Translations under genes and position numbers: made by a program | The notes under the pieces: generated by a model | What the model was told of the DNA's origin: nothing | The model's input: the letters and a program-made list of their open reading frames with translations, nothing else | Databases searched by the model: none | Source: a virus | Length of the DNA stretch: 64,000 nucleotides | IMG/VR virus record: IMGVR_UViG_3300043449_000492 | Location: 32,001-96,000 of that record | Strand: one strand, 5' to 3' | Part shown: in pieces, positions 11,901 through 20,685 of the stretch | Numbering within the stretch: position 1 is the first letter of the stretch | How the letters are laid out: the number at the start of each line of letters is the position of its first letter

Positions 11901-12294
11901 TGACGGTCAAGATGCTGAGGATCTAAGAGTAGTTCTAACAGCATATCGTCCACCAGGTTCCAATTCAGATATTAAGGTATATGCTCGTATATCTAATGCT
12001 GAAGACTTTGAATCTATTAAGAGTAGAAATTGGTTCGAACTAACTCCATATGATTCATCTGTCTATTCTTCACTTACTAATAGAAAAAATTGGAGAGAGT
12101 TTCAGTATAAAATTCCAGATAGTCTCATGACTGGATCTAATGATCAGGATGATCCAATTGTTCGATATACAAACTCTGCCAACACTGTATTTGAAGGATT
12201 TAAGCAATTCCAAATCAAAATTGGTCTAGTTTCGGACAATAGTGCAATATATCCAAGAGCTACTGATCTTCGTGTTATTGCTCTACAAAAGTAA
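5977..12294 (+). CDS. Large virion structural protein (VrlC-like, baseplate-associated)
   Basis: 'FNVSPYYDDYD...YYKILFKPGYAVQARELTQIQSILQ', 'RTYDESGDYYV' and 'DRFKNGIFVDSF' motifs; standard position after gp8 in far-T4 phages. Confidence 0.8.
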   Translation: MADNVDVTANSEFFYSNVRSVTTNFNVSPYYDDYDGTSNYYKILFKPGYAVQARELTQIQSILQEQINRFGQHIFKEGSMVLGGKYNIDTRAHYVKVKDFDLFDNKVNIDNFKNEIVTGQLTGIKAYVNLVIDGSEGTDTPKTLYVTYMSGNSDTDEVVFVADEPLVSNVGTLIVGNTVPVGYGSVFTVNEGIRFAKEHFIYHNKQSVVVDRYDIFPTCKVGFVLDETIINPSQDSSLLDPALEASNYAAPGADRFKIIPTLTRLDIDDEAGFPNYVNLFTIDKGNVTELNERPVYNVIADEIAKRTYDESGDYYVRGFNTVIEEHLDLGNGGYLIESRGGDSQLLSIQVEPGTAYVKGYEVNKLVTEFLTTEKATSFANVNGQIISSKVGSYIIANNVVGAWNVNIGQNIDLYDTAQKRVFLGTASTASQTGKKIGTARIKSLSKEGGKLGSPDGAIRIHLFDVNMLGSNSFSSVKSVYYNNLTTADMGADVVLESGSAKIADVYSPLLYYVGSNYTKTIRSPDGTVDTSFFFKRTTDVSIDSSGAFSLTSPIASENFPYGTTTLSASDLDDIFLNLNLDSPITIDIGTASSGAGTTVLRTSGTGFSTLNIGDKITLSGNGKIYVVSSIANNNTLTVTQTLPSSVSAANTIYKTFLNGDTIELTGAGTGGSRSVSATPLALNFNIAENFGTSVTGTVTYTMYKSNAREIRKVLRRNRYVLIDCSTAGTSGSYYLGYSDIYAVKSVRKATSFTAVTDGDDVGLRTTIDRGQRDNYYGTGKLFYNGTLTASDKLLVCLDYFEPDYTLGVGYFSIDSYPIDDTVPSADQIRTQDISFYISKDTGKTYDLRNHLDFRPVFTNTAGDATTIDQVLNNVANKNPPQSTTLRYEANGLRIPADSESIIYDYSYYLARKDIVTLNKKGDFMIIKGVPASVPITPACPQHLMSIAKLFIPPYPSLSPSYGRLIQRIDLAAHSERTSQVRFTMKDIGVLKQRVDNLENYVSLSLLEKSALDMKILDENGLDRFKNGIFVDSFTSFALSDYNNPDHHICYDPKEGSIRPLFNSHGLGYKYFSGSNIVVENNLLMLPYTEVMALTQPYATTTRNVETTVYRFIGKLFLDPDSDYWVNTDRLASQTFNFGATDADVTPYSIVYASWQTTVTGVTTTDPVLISSATALSSTSQTIGGGPAGEQSIAAFYQGTDILDNIGSLIDTYGADTPVTWTTWVDGYATNHNATLGDFYPVGRYFGIAGEATTATNLYQQIGPTIGQYAGIISPADKLWILQNPGTIDVTTTTTTATTTNTYQTTATTGTQATRNYKETFQTLKTESHSIGDKVTAVAPIADIRPQTIAFEGAGLKASTRYYVYFDGQLMSAYVTPGIASSIPSSLGNNKFKNLITATDVEGGKLYSDANGYVHGFLRLPVNATKTFRTGTKEVILTDSPTNEPDATAAAKGYFVAQGITQTIQETIISTGQVITTEKSGTESQPIRYSTTTNTYSTVTSTTDVVVANNSIPGSLTFNYIDNPSCMAYSFKLTTPNAEEGTFLSSIDVFFAEKDPNLGVWFEIRAMDNGGTITKTQVPGSEVWLQSNQVNTSDNGSVATNIKFKDPVFLMNNQEYAFIIHTVGINPNYYMYVCVLGQADIITNQKINNRPLTGTLFTTNNNTDWDIVPRVDLKITFNRAKFSTDVVGEAIIGNKRNEYVQLPLTQATGSNTAWFGDRIRGNDKLQLQAPTGPISVGDYLIGQVSSTNTAVKAIDGSTYSMSGTGYVQNENISVRRANGSLATGVTSSVVSTNTATGAIYKVTPKNDITAFNGNSAILIVEDSNGLFEANDTLHMELTGSTVFVNKVTKMRYSSIQFEPSYLDFIPTDISFSMLTTSNSGSVGEYQSIVVSNPMDFDDEKALYSHSAEIANFGGAPSNRVKIRMTTTSDYLTPIVNLDRTYSVYIDNLINSNTSGELSSSGGGLKDKYLSQVVTLADGQDAEDLRVVLTAYRPPGSNSDIKVYARISNAEDFESIKSRNWFELTPYDSSVYSSLTNRKNWREFQYKIPDSLMTGSNDQDDPIVRYTNSANTVFEGFKQFQIKIGLVSDNSAIYPRATDLRVIALQK

Positions 12295-12303
12295 GGAATT
12301 TTT

Positions 12304-12561
12304 ATGGACGTTTTAGATTATCTTTACTTAAACGGAGAAAAGAAAACCGCCCCTTTACCTTCTATAGATACAAAAACAGATGTAGACGGCTATTATAAAA
12401 CTTCAGCGGGAGCGGTAGTCTCTAAAGATGATAATATTCTTAATGCTTATAAGAAGCAAAAGGTAAAACAAGCACAACTAAATAGTATGAAGAATGACAT
12501 AGATCAGCTAAAGAACGACATGTCGGAAATCAAAGAATTGCTCAAAGGACTTGTAAAGTAA
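12304..12561 (+). CDS. Small protein with C-terminal coiled coil, typical follower of the VrlC-like gene
   Basis: AAGGA RBS; C-terminus 'LNSMKNDIDQLKNDMSEIKELLKGLVK'. Confidence 0.7.
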   Translation: MDVLDYLYLNGEKKTAPLPSIDTKTDVDGYYKTSAGAVVSKDDNILNAYKKQKVKQAQLNSMKNDIDQLKNDMSEIKELLKGLVK

Positions 12562-12562
12562 T

Positions 12563-14641
12563 ATGGCATTATTAGCAAACGTATCCCTTCAAGACACATT
12601 TGATACCTGGCGCATTAGAACTAATCAGCTAATTGCAGTATCAGAACAAGCATATGAAATCTCGTTATTGTCTGCTAATGCTGTCGGCAATACAATCAAT
12701 GTTACCATGGCATATTCAAATGATACGTCCAATAGCTTTAGAACTATAGCATATGCTTATTCAAATAACATGGGCAACACAGTTAATAGTTATGTTACCT
12801 ATGCTATTGGTCTTATCGACATTAATATGCAATCTTCTATGGTTTACTCCAATGCAGTTGGCAATAGCGTTAACTCATTTACAAGATCATCATATACAAC
12901 ATTAGCTAATGGTCGAGCAGCTTTCACCACTGCCAACTCAAAAATTGCTACGGTTGCAGGAAATGCTGGTCGTATCCTTGTTACCAATACAACAGCTGGA
13001 GCAAATATTACTGCTACTGTTGATCTAGCATCAATTGTTACCGCAACAAACTATACTGGCGGTATTTCAGCTATCAATGTCGATGCTTACGGTCGTGTTA
13101 CCGGTGTCTCAGGTAATGCTAACTATCAGCCTAATTTGGGATTCACTCCTGTCCAGCAGGGCGGTGGAACTAGTCAATCATCAAATAAGATTTATATTGG
13201 TTGGTCTGCAGGAAGTGTTCTTAGACTTCAAGTCGATGCGACTGACTTTGGCGCATCTTGGCCGATAAATGTTACAGGTACTTCAAGCTATTCTACAACA
13301 TCGGGAACATCTGCACTAACTAATCAAACATCATGGACTAATCTGACAGTTACAAATTCTCTTTCTGCTCCAATTATGTATGATTATAATAATACAAGTT
13401 TCTATGTCAATCCTAATGGAACTTCTATTTTTTCAGTTCTATCAGTAGGACGTGTAGCAGCAGGATATGATTCTGGAGTAGGAAACTCTATTAATTGTAA
13501 TGGCTGGTTTAGATCAGGTGGTGCAACTGGTTGGTTTAATGGTGATTACGGCGGCGGCATCTATATGACCGACACCACTTGGGTTAGAGTCTATGGTAGT
13601 AAAGCGTTTTGGGCGGCAGGGACTATTCAATCTGATACGGATTTAAGAGCACCATTATTATATGATACAAATGACACAAGCTACTATCTGAACCCTAATT
13701 CAACTTCAAGATTATTTACTCTAAACACTTTGAATCAGATTAACGCTCAAGGTAATCAGGGAATCGGAATCCAGAATGCTACTAGTGGCGCAGGTGGTAT
13801 AATGGTTCAGGGCTCAGGCTCTGCAGCATTCATGTCATTTCATAGACCGGGCGCATATGCTTCTTATTTTGGTATTGATACAGATAATCAATTTGCTGTC
13901 GGCGGATGGTCTGCAGGTGCAGGACTTGCTTATTTCAAAGCGGCTGGTATTGGTGTAGGAACAGCAGCAACCGGACCAGGCAACATCAATGCAACTGGCA
14001 CCATGACGGCTGCTGCCCTTGGCGGCGCAGCAGCTACAGGTGTAGGAGCGTCTGGAACTTGGAATATTAGTTCTAACAATGGTAGAACATTGTTGCAAGA
14101 TACTATTATTGCAAATGGAGCTGGTGATGTAGGAGCTCCGTATACGTTCTCTGGTAATCCTGACTACAATACTTTCGAAATTGAACTTATAAACCTTTTA
14201 CCACAACTTAATTTGAATTATTTGTATATAAGATTTACTCAGGACGGAGCGTATAGAGGAGAGTCATTATATTCTTCGACTATTGTAGGACCTGGTAGCA
14301 CGCAGCAATATCAGAACTCAAAGACCGTCGGATTTCTTACCAGTTATGCAGGAGGATTTTACAGTTACTCTCCTCTAATTTATGCTGGATGGGTTTCAAA
14401 CACTGCCGCTCTTGGAGGCGTTAACGGCACTCTACGTATGACATTTCCTCATGATGGATCAAATTATAAGTCTATGTATGGTTTTGTCAATTATAGACAA
14501 GCTGACTCTACTACTTATCAGTTAAACACTTCCACTAATATATCATTGGCTAGACTTGCAGCTGTTCAAGGATTTCAGATATTTTGGGATCATGGTGCAT
14601 TCGCTAGTGGACGTATTCGTGTGTATGGTTATAAGGTATAA
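12563..14641 (+). CDS. Tail fibre protein
   Basis: N-terminal anchor 'DTFDTWRIRTNQL'; fibre modules 'LGFTPVQQGGG...NKIYIGWS', 'YDYNNTSFYVNPN' (twice), 'GGGIYMTDTTWVRVY' and 'FHRPGAYASYFGIDTDN'; C-terminal 'SGRIRVYG' head. Confidence 0.8.
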   Translation: MALLANVSLQDTFDTWRIRTNQLIAVSEQAYEISLLSANAVGNTINVTMAYSNDTSNSFRTIAYAYSNNMGNTVNSYVTYAIGLIDINMQSSMVYSNAVGNSVNSFTRSSYTTLANGRAAFTTANSKIATVAGNAGRILVTNTTAGANITATVDLASIVTATNYTGGISAINVDAYGRVTGVSGNANYQPNLGFTPVQQGGGTSQSSNKIYIGWSAGSVLRLQVDATDFGASWPINVTGTSSYSTTSGTSALTNQTSWTNLTVTNSLSAPIMYDYNNTSFYVNPNGTSIFSVLSVGRVAAGYDSGVGNSINCNGWFRSGGATGWFNGDYGGGIYMTDTTWVRVYGSKAFWAAGTIQSDTDLRAPLLYDTNDTSYYLNPNSTSRLFTLNTLNQINAQGNQGIGIQNATSGAGGIMVQGSGSAAFMSFHRPGAYASYFGIDTDNQFAVGGWSAGAGLAYFKAAGIGVGTAATGPGNINATGTMTAAALGGAAATGVGASGTWNISSNNGRTLLQDTIIANGAGDVGAPYTFSGNPDYNTFEIELINLLPQLNLNYLYIRFTQDGAYRGESLYSSTIVGPGSTQQYQNSKTVGFLTSYAGGFYSYSPLIYAGWVSNTAALGGVNGTLRMTFPHDGSNYKSMYGFVNYRQADSTTYQLNTSTNISLARLAAVQGFQIFWDHGAFASGRIRVYGYKV

Positions 14642-14650
14642 GGAATAAAG

Positions 14651-14905
14651 ATGAGTACCAAATTAAATTACCGACTTAGATTTGAAACAGATTCAGTTTT
14701 TAGATTAACTGATAATTTCATCATTTCTCCTCATATGGAAAAAGATTGGGCCGAATATCAAGCTTGGTTAAAGCAGGGTAATACCCCTTTACCTGCAGAA
14801 AATTTTATTACTCCTGAAACTGCAAGTCAACCTACTATTGAAGAAAAACTAGCATCTGTTGGATTGGATCTTAATGATCTTAAAAAAGCTCTAGGAATCA
14901 ATTAA
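14651..14905 (+). CDS. Putative tail fibre assembly chaperone
   Basis: 'DWAEYQAWLKQGNTPLPA' motif typical of small proteins downstream of fibre genes. Confidence 0.6.
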   Translation: MSTKLNYRLRFETDSVFRLTDNFIISPHMEKDWAEYQAWLKQGNTPLPAENFITPETASQPTIEEKLASVGLDLNDLKKALGIN

Positions 14906-14917
14906 AGAAAGACCCCA

Positions 14918-15253
14918 ATGGCCGAATATGTAGAACTATACATCGATCAAGGAGCCGATTTTGAATCGACTCTAGTTCTTGAGGACGATGTTACCAATCT
15001 TCTACAAAATGTCTCAAGTTATGTAGTAACGGGAACAATGAGAAGGTCATTACTTTCTCAAAACGCTTCTGGTATTCTTAGTTGCGCCATCAATGCTAAT
15101 GCTACTGGCGAGATTCTAATGACAATGAATGCTGCAAACACAGCTAATTTAAGACCAGGAACACATCTTTTTGATGTTAAGACATTTGATGGAAGTAAAT
15201 ATAATAGACTGATTGAAGGTATCATTATAGTAACACCCTCTATCACAAAGTAA
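14918..15253 (+). CDS. Virion structural/adaptor protein (Ig-like)
   Basis: 'LYIDQGADF...FDVK...RLIEGIIIVTPSIT' pattern common in T4-like fibre clusters. Confidence 0.6.
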   Translation: MAEYVELYIDQGADFESTLVLEDDVTNLLQNVSSYVVTGTMRRSLLSQNASGILSCAINANATGEILMTMNAANTANLRPGTHLFDVKTFDGSKYNRLIEGIIIVTPSITK

Positions 15254-15258
15254 GTTCA

Positions 15259-15492
15259 ATGTCCAGCAACAAGATTACTGTTATAACACAACCTAAAAAC
15301 CGAATTATGATAAATAATTCTCAGAAAGCTCAAATTAAGAACGTCACAACGCCTGTTACTATCAATAAGTTAGCACAGATGCTCGATGTGGACGCTTCTA
15401 GCATAGATAACAACGAAACAGTAGTTTATGATGAGGTAAGTGGCAAATTTGTAGTGAAAGAATTACCCATCATAAACGGAGGAACCTTCTAA
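15259..15492 (+). CDS. Small fibre-associated protein
   Basis: 'LAQMLDVD...VVYDEVSGKF' and a C-terminal 'INGGTF' motif like the 'LDGGSF' end of the next gene. Confidence 0.55.
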   Translation: MSSNKITVITQPKNRIMINNSQKAQIKNVTTPVTINKLAQMLDVDASSIDNNETVVYDEVSGKFVVKELPIINGGTF

Positions 15493-15493
15493 C

Positions 15494-16990
15494 ATGTCTA
15501 ATACATTAATTCAGATCAAGAGATCCCAAACAACGTCAGCTCCTGGATCTCTGCAGATCGGTGAGCTGGCGTATTCTTATTCATCTAATAATCTCTTTAT
15601 CGGTACTCCAGACGGTGCTAGTGTTATCGCTATTGGCGGCGCATCAATGGGTATTGGCGCTAATGCTTATGCAGCTGCTGTAGGCGTATCTGCTAACTCA
15701 TACGCAGCAGCAGTAGGTGTCTCCGCTAACTCGTATTCAGCAGCCGTCGGTGTTTCTGCTAACTCATATGCCTCTGCTGTAGGTGTATCTGCTAATAGTT
15801 ATGCAGCTGCAGTTGGTGTTTCTGCAAATGCGTTCGCTACATCAGTTGGAATTGCTGGCAACAACTATACAAACTCTGTAGGCGTTGCTGGAAATAACTA
15901 TACTAATGCAGTAGGAACGGCAGGCAATAACTACACAAACGCCGTCGGTCAGTCTGGTAATGCTTATGCAGAATTTGTAGGCGCATCAGCAAACGCATAT
16001 GCAACCGCTACATACTATGCAAAGACAGGCGGAACAATCTCTGGTGACGTTACAGTTACTGGAAATCTTACAGTTTCAGGACAGACAACTTATACCAATA
16101 CAAATACATTGCTTGTTGGTGATAACATTGTCACACTTAATGCTGACCTTCCAGGTACCGCAGCTCCAACAGAGAATGCTGGTCTAGAAGTCAATCGTGG
16201 TAATGCTGGCGCTAACGCTGCTCTTTTCTGGAATGAAACAACTGACAAGTGGCAAATTTCTACTAACTTTGGTTCAGGTTCAACTTGGCTAAACATTGCA
16301 TCTAATACTGATGTTGAGTCAGTAGCATCTGGTGCAAACGCTTACTCAGCCGCTGTTGGTGTATCAGCCAATAGCTATGCCGCCGCAGTCGGAGTCTCAG
16401 CTAACTCTTATGCAGCCGCTGCAGCAGTTTCCGCTAATTCATACGCTGCAGCAGTTGGTGTATCAGCTAATCTATATGCAGACACTAAAGTATCTTCTGT
16501 CACTGGCACAGCAGGTCAAATCTTTAGTTCAGGTGGCACGACACCTACACTCAATCTAATTTCAACAGGCGTAACAGCTACTACTTATGGCGGTTCTACA
16601 CAAGTTCCAACATTTACAGTAGATGCTTTTGGTCGTCTGACATCTGCAGCTAACGTATCAATCGCTGCGATGGACTATGCATACGTTAATACTGCTGCTA
16701 ATAATGCTAACTCATATGCTGCTGCTGTTGGTGTATCTGCTAACTCTTATGCGGCGCAGATCACAGGTTATGCTAACACTAACGCATCAAACGGTTCTTA
16801 TATCAGCACTGGTGTGGTTCGTGTAGCTTATGGCGGTACAGGAAATACAACCTTCCTTGCAAACAGCGTTCTCATCGGCGCAGGAACTGATCCAATCTGG
16901 GGTCTTGCATCTTCTACAGAAGGTCATCTACTACAGATTAGTTCTGCTGGTGCACCACAGTTTGCAATGCTTGACGGAGGTTCATTCTAA
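15494..16990 (+). CDS. Tail fibre protein with 11-residue coiled-coil repeats
   Basis: N-terminal 'IQIKRS...LQIGELAYSY...LFIG' fibre-joint domain; SANSYAAAVGV repeats; C-terminal 'LDGGSF'. Confidence 0.75.
   Translation: MSNTLIQIKRSQTTSAPGSLQIGELAYSYSSNNLFIGTPDGASVIAIGGASMGIGANAYAAAVGVSANSYAAAVGVSANSYSAAVGVSANSYASAVGVSANSYAAAVGVSANAFATSVGIAGNNYTNSVGVAGNNYTNAVGTAGNNYTNAVGQSGNAYAEFVGASANAYATATYYAKTGGTISGDVTVTGNLTVSGQTTYTNTNTLLVGDNIVTLNADLPGTAAPTENAGLEVNRGNAGANAALFWNETTDKWQISTNFGSGSTWLNIASNTDVESVASGANAYSAAVGVSANSYAAAVGVSANSYAAAAAVSANSYAAAVGVSANLYADTKVSSVTGTAGQIFSSGGTTPTLNLISTGVTATTYGGSTQVPTFTVDAFGRLTSAANVSIAAMDYAYVNTAANNANSYAAAVGVSANSYAAQITGYANTNASNGSYISTGVVRVAYGGTGNTTFLANSVLIGAGTDPIWGLASSTEGHLLQISSAGAPQFAMLDGGSF
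15650..16010 (+). repeat. Tandem 33-nt (11-aa) repeats SANSYAAAVGV / AGNNYTNAVG; further copies at about 16330-16480 and 16700-16760
   Basis: Visible in the translation; codons are synonymously diverged between copies. Confidence 0.85.
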
Positions 16991-17011
16991 CATTTAATTA
17001 GGAGATACAAA

Positions 17012-17650
17012 ATGAGTGATACAAATGTGAACTATATGAATGCTTATGTTGACTTGACTATGGAAACAGTTCATTCGTATCTCAATGAAATTCTACAACT
17101 AAAAACGCAGTTGAAGCTACTCAATGGCCTGGTTTTGGACAAAGACCAGGTCATTTCTTCATTGCAGCAGCAAGTAGATACATTGAGCGATGAGCGTGGA
17201 AATCGTGAACAGATAGAAGCTGAACTACAAAAGGTTCGTGACGAATCAAATGGTGAAATACAAAAGCTTCGTGAAAATGCAGCTACTTGGGAATTTCAAT
17301 TCAATAGTATGAAAGAAAAAGTATCTCACATGGATACTTTGATTAATCAGCATAATGATCTACAAAAAGAGTTTGTCATTAAGACTAATGAACTGGAACA
17401 TGTTAGCACAGTTTTGGCAGAATTGAAGCCTAAGTTAGATGAATCAAATCGACAGGTTGAAAATCTTACAGCAGAATTAGCTAGTGCAAACAAGAAAATT
17501 GATCGTCTCACTAAGAAGGAAGAAAAGAAAGTTTCTGTAGTGACACCAGTCACCCCTTCTAAGAAAGACATAAATAAGGATGAGACTAAATCGACTTCCC
17601 TATCTCAGAAGATTGTGGACAAACCTAAAGAGACAGACGACGACTTCTAA
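17012..17650 (+). CDS. Coiled-coil protein of unknown function
   Basis: AGGAG RBS; long heptad-rich helix; charged C-terminus ending DDF; TAATG overlap with the next gene. Confidence 0.7.
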   Translation: MSDTNVNYMNAYVDLTMETVHSYLNEILQLKTQLKLLNGLVLDKDQVISSLQQQVDTLSDERGNREQIEAELQKVRDESNGEIQKLRENAATWEFQFNSMKEKVSHMDTLINQHNDLQKEFVIKTNELEHVSTVLAELKPKLDESNRQVENLTAELASANKKIDRLTKKEEKKVSVVTPVTPSKKDINKDETKSTSLSQKIVDKPKETDDDF

Positions 17651-20600
17651 TGGCTAATACCACTATTGCAATCAAAAAATCTGGAACTCCTGCCGCTGTA
17701 CCTGCGGCACTAGCTAATGGCGAGCTTGCTATTAACTATGCTGACGGTAAGCTATATTATAAGAATACAACAGGCCAGATTGTTTCGATTAGCGGTTCTG
17801 GTGGTAACTCGTTTGGTATTGCTAATGTTGATAATATTCTTATTTTATCTAGCACAGGCAATGACGTTCTAAACTTCCGTTCTGGTAACGGTGTCTCTCT
17901 ATCCGCTTGCTCTACAACTAGAACAATCACATTCAATGGAACAACAAATGTTCCTATATCACCTACTGCTCCATCTACTCCAGTTGCTGGTGACGTATGG
18001 TGGAATAGTAATCTTGGTAGTTTGTTTATCTATTACAATGATGGCGATTCTAGTCAGTGGATTGAAGCAGTTCCTACTGGTGGAACAACGGCCGGCGGCA
18101 GTGGTAGTGACGCCGCCGCTTTTACTCATGCTAATGCTGCATTCGACCAAGCTAACAATTCGTATGTAAACGCAAATAATGCTGCTAACTCATCAAACTC
18201 TTTTGCAGTAACTATTGGTGCGTCATCTAATGCATGGGCTAACTCATTATCAACTATTGATAGAGCAATAGCAAATGCTGCCGCTAACTCGGCAAACTCT
18301 GTAGCGTCCGCATCATATTATACCATTGCAAACGGAACCTCAGCTTTTGCTAAAGCTAATGCTGCACTTGCTAACTCTACAGGAACTTTTGCTGGTGACC
18401 TAAGAGTTACTGGTAATGTTGTTACTAACACAATAAACTCAATGAGTGGGTTTATTGACTTAGGTCCTGGTTCTAGACCAAGTTATCTTGAAGGTCGTAT
18501 CTACTATGACAATGTTGATAAGTCACTAACAGTATTCAATAACGATTCTAACTTTGTTCTTCCTTTAGGTCAAAAAGAGTTTGTCAAAGTATTGAATAAC
18601 TCAGGTGCTACAATCAATAGAGGTCAGCCTGTTTATGCTACAGGTTTCCATGCCACTTCACATCATCATATTACAATTGGTCTAGCTGATGCATCTGATG
18701 CAGCTAAGTATGACGTTATTGGACTAGCAGGACACGACATTTTAAATGGTGACCATGGTTATGTTATTGTTCGTGGTTGGATAGGTGGATTCGATACTTC
18801 TGGTCTAACACAGGGTCAAAGATTTCATCTAGGTTTTGCTTCACCAGGGACTCTAGTTACTACTTCTCCTGAGTATCCTAATTATCCGTATGACATTGGA
18901 TATTGTATCGTATCAGATGCAACAAATGGCTTTCTTTATGTCGATAGACAGTCACACACGCAAGAAAGTATTAGAGTCTTAAACGGTGCTCGTATCGGCG
19001 GTGACATGACTGTCGAAGGAGACTTCACGGTTCTAGGAACACAGACAGTTACTAGCACATCAAGTCTATCAGTAGGCACACAATACATCTATCTTTCTGC
19101 TGGTGATAGTATTCCTAATTCTAACATAACATTCACAGGCACTGGTCTAAATGACTTGTCCTTCAAGGGTCATTATGAAGGTATAGGAACTACTACCTTC
19201 TATGTTAAGATTACTGGTTCTAATGTTGACGGCGAATACTTTACTTGGTCATATAACAACTTTGTCTCGAATGTTGCAACAAACACTAAGATTCTATATC
19301 AAACTAGTCAACCTCTTTCTAATGGCATTAGTGTATATTTCCAAGCAAATACAGGACACACTGTTGGCGACACTTGGAATGCATCAGTCACAGCCGTTTC
19401 TACAGATTCTGGCTTTGTAACTAATCATACAGATCCTGGACGTTATACTCATGCGGGTATGTTCCGGGATGCTACCGACGGCACATTTAAGTTTTTCAAT
19501 ACATATGATGCTGAGCCTGCAGGTAACATTGATATTGCCAACTCAACATTTAGTTTGGGTAATGTTCAAGTTCTAAAGATTACCGCAGATGAAATATTTG
19601 CAGGAGCTACAGAGATTGGTGGTCTAGTTCCACTATCATATGATACTGCAAATGCCGCATATAGTGCTGCCAATACTAAACTATCAAACACATCTGGTGT
19701 AGCATTCATCGGTAGTCTATATTTCCCAAGTGGTAATATTGCTATTGGCTCAGGCTTTTCTAACTATCCTCTTACTATTGTCAGTGGCGGTGTCACCCCT
19801 CTAGCAGGTCTAACAGGCGCTCTAGCAACTGCTGAAGGTACAGTCAACGGAACTAATCAGTTCAATCTTCGTAATGCTGGTGCAGGATCGGCAGCTTCAA
19901 GTGACTATATCGCTACATCTAATGATGGTTCAGAGACTACAAACTTCATTGACTTAGGTATTAACAACTCAGGATACAATGCACCAGCGTTTTGGACAAT
20001 CAATGGTCCAAGAGATGGTTATTTGTATATGCCTGACGGCAATCTATCTATTGGTGTTGCTAATACAACTGCAACATATAAGTTTGTTAATTTCTTTCTT
20101 GGTGGCGCTCTTGCAGCCGATGAAGTTATGCGTCTACAAGATTCTGCAGGCGGAGCTAATGTCGGTATCGGCACAACATCACCTGACTATAAGCTATGCG
20201 TCACAGGAACAATTAACGCAGCAAATATTCTAGTCAATCAGGTTCCCGTAGTATCTAATGCAGCAACCACACTATTTACAGGTACATCAAACAATACTAA
20301 CTTCGTCGCCGGCGCCAATGCTGCAGAAGTCATCACAGCATCTATCGGATTTGTCATCGACGGTGGTGGAGCAGTAATTGAACCTGGTCAAAAAGGTCAC
20401 ATCGAAGTTCCTTTCTCTGCTACAATCAATCAGTGGACAATGCTACTTGACCAGACTGGATCTGCTAACGTAGAAATCTGGAAAGAATCGTATGCAAACT
20501 TCCCGCCAACAAATGGTGATACTATTAACACAGGCGGGTTCCAAGTCTCTACAGGTGTTAAGAATCAAGGAAGTCTATTCAATACATCATCAACAATCAA

Positions 20601-20685
20601 TGCTGGTGATATTCTAGCGTATAACGTAGCTACAGTAGATGCAACAACTCGTCTCACCATTTCGCTAAAAGTGACTAAGACCTAA
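17650..20685 (+). CDS. Long modular tail fibre protein
   Basis: N-terminal 'IAIKKSG...LANGELAINYADGKLYYK'; 'GDVWWNSNLGSLFIYYNDGDSSQW'; 'NVGIGTTSP' repeat; C-terminal 'IGFVIDGGG...' adaptor-like domain. Confidence 0.78.
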   Translation: MANTTIAIKKSGTPAAVPAALANGELAINYADGKLYYKNTTGQIVSISGSGGNSFGIANVDNILILSSTGNDVLNFRSGNGVSLSACSTTRTITFNGTTNVPISPTAPSTPVAGDVWWNSNLGSLFIYYNDGDSSQWIEAVPTGGTTAGGSGSDAAAFTHANAAFDQANNSYVNANNAANSSNSFAVTIGASSNAWANSLSTIDRAIANAAANSANSVASASYYTIANGTSAFAKANAALANSTGTFAGDLRVTGNVVTNTINSMSGFIDLGPGSRPSYLEGRIYYDNVDKSLTVFNNDSNFVLPLGQKEFVKVLNNSGATINRGQPVYATGFHATSHHHITIGLADASDAAKYDVIGLAGHDILNGDHGYVIVRGWIGGFDTSGLTQGQRFHLGFASPGTLVTTSPEYPNYPYDIGYCIVSDATNGFLYVDRQSHTQESIRVLNGARIGGDMTVEGDFTVLGTQTVTSTSSLSVGTQYIYLSAGDSIPNSNITFTGTGLNDLSFKGHYEGIGTTTFYVKITGSNVDGEYFTWSYNNFVSNVATNTKILYQTSQPLSNGISVYFQANTGHTVGDTWNASVTAVSTDSGFVTNHTDPGRYTHAGMFRDATDGTFKFFNTYDAEPAGNIDIANSTFSLGNVQVLKITADEIFAGATEIGGLVPLSYDTANAAYSAANTKLSNTSGVAFIGSLYFPSGNIAIGSGFSNYPLTIVSGGVTPLAGLTGALATAEGTVNGTNQFNLRNAGAGSAASSDYIATSNDGSETTNFIDLGINNSGYNAPAFWTINGPRDGYLYMPDGNLSIGVANTTATYKFVNFFLGGALAADEVMRLQDSAGGANVGIGTTSPDYKLCVTGTINAANILVNQVPVVSNAATTLFTGTSNNTNFVAGANAAEVITASIGFVIDGGGAVIEPGQKGHIEVPFSATINQWTMLLDQTGSANVEIWKESYANFPPTNGDTINTGGFQVSTGVKNQGSLFNTSSTINAGDILAYNVATVDATTRLTISLKVTKT

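Noticed and set aside
15650-16480. CRISPR-like periodic repeats
   Set aside because: In-frame coding repeats with synonymous variation; no unique spacers or cas genes.
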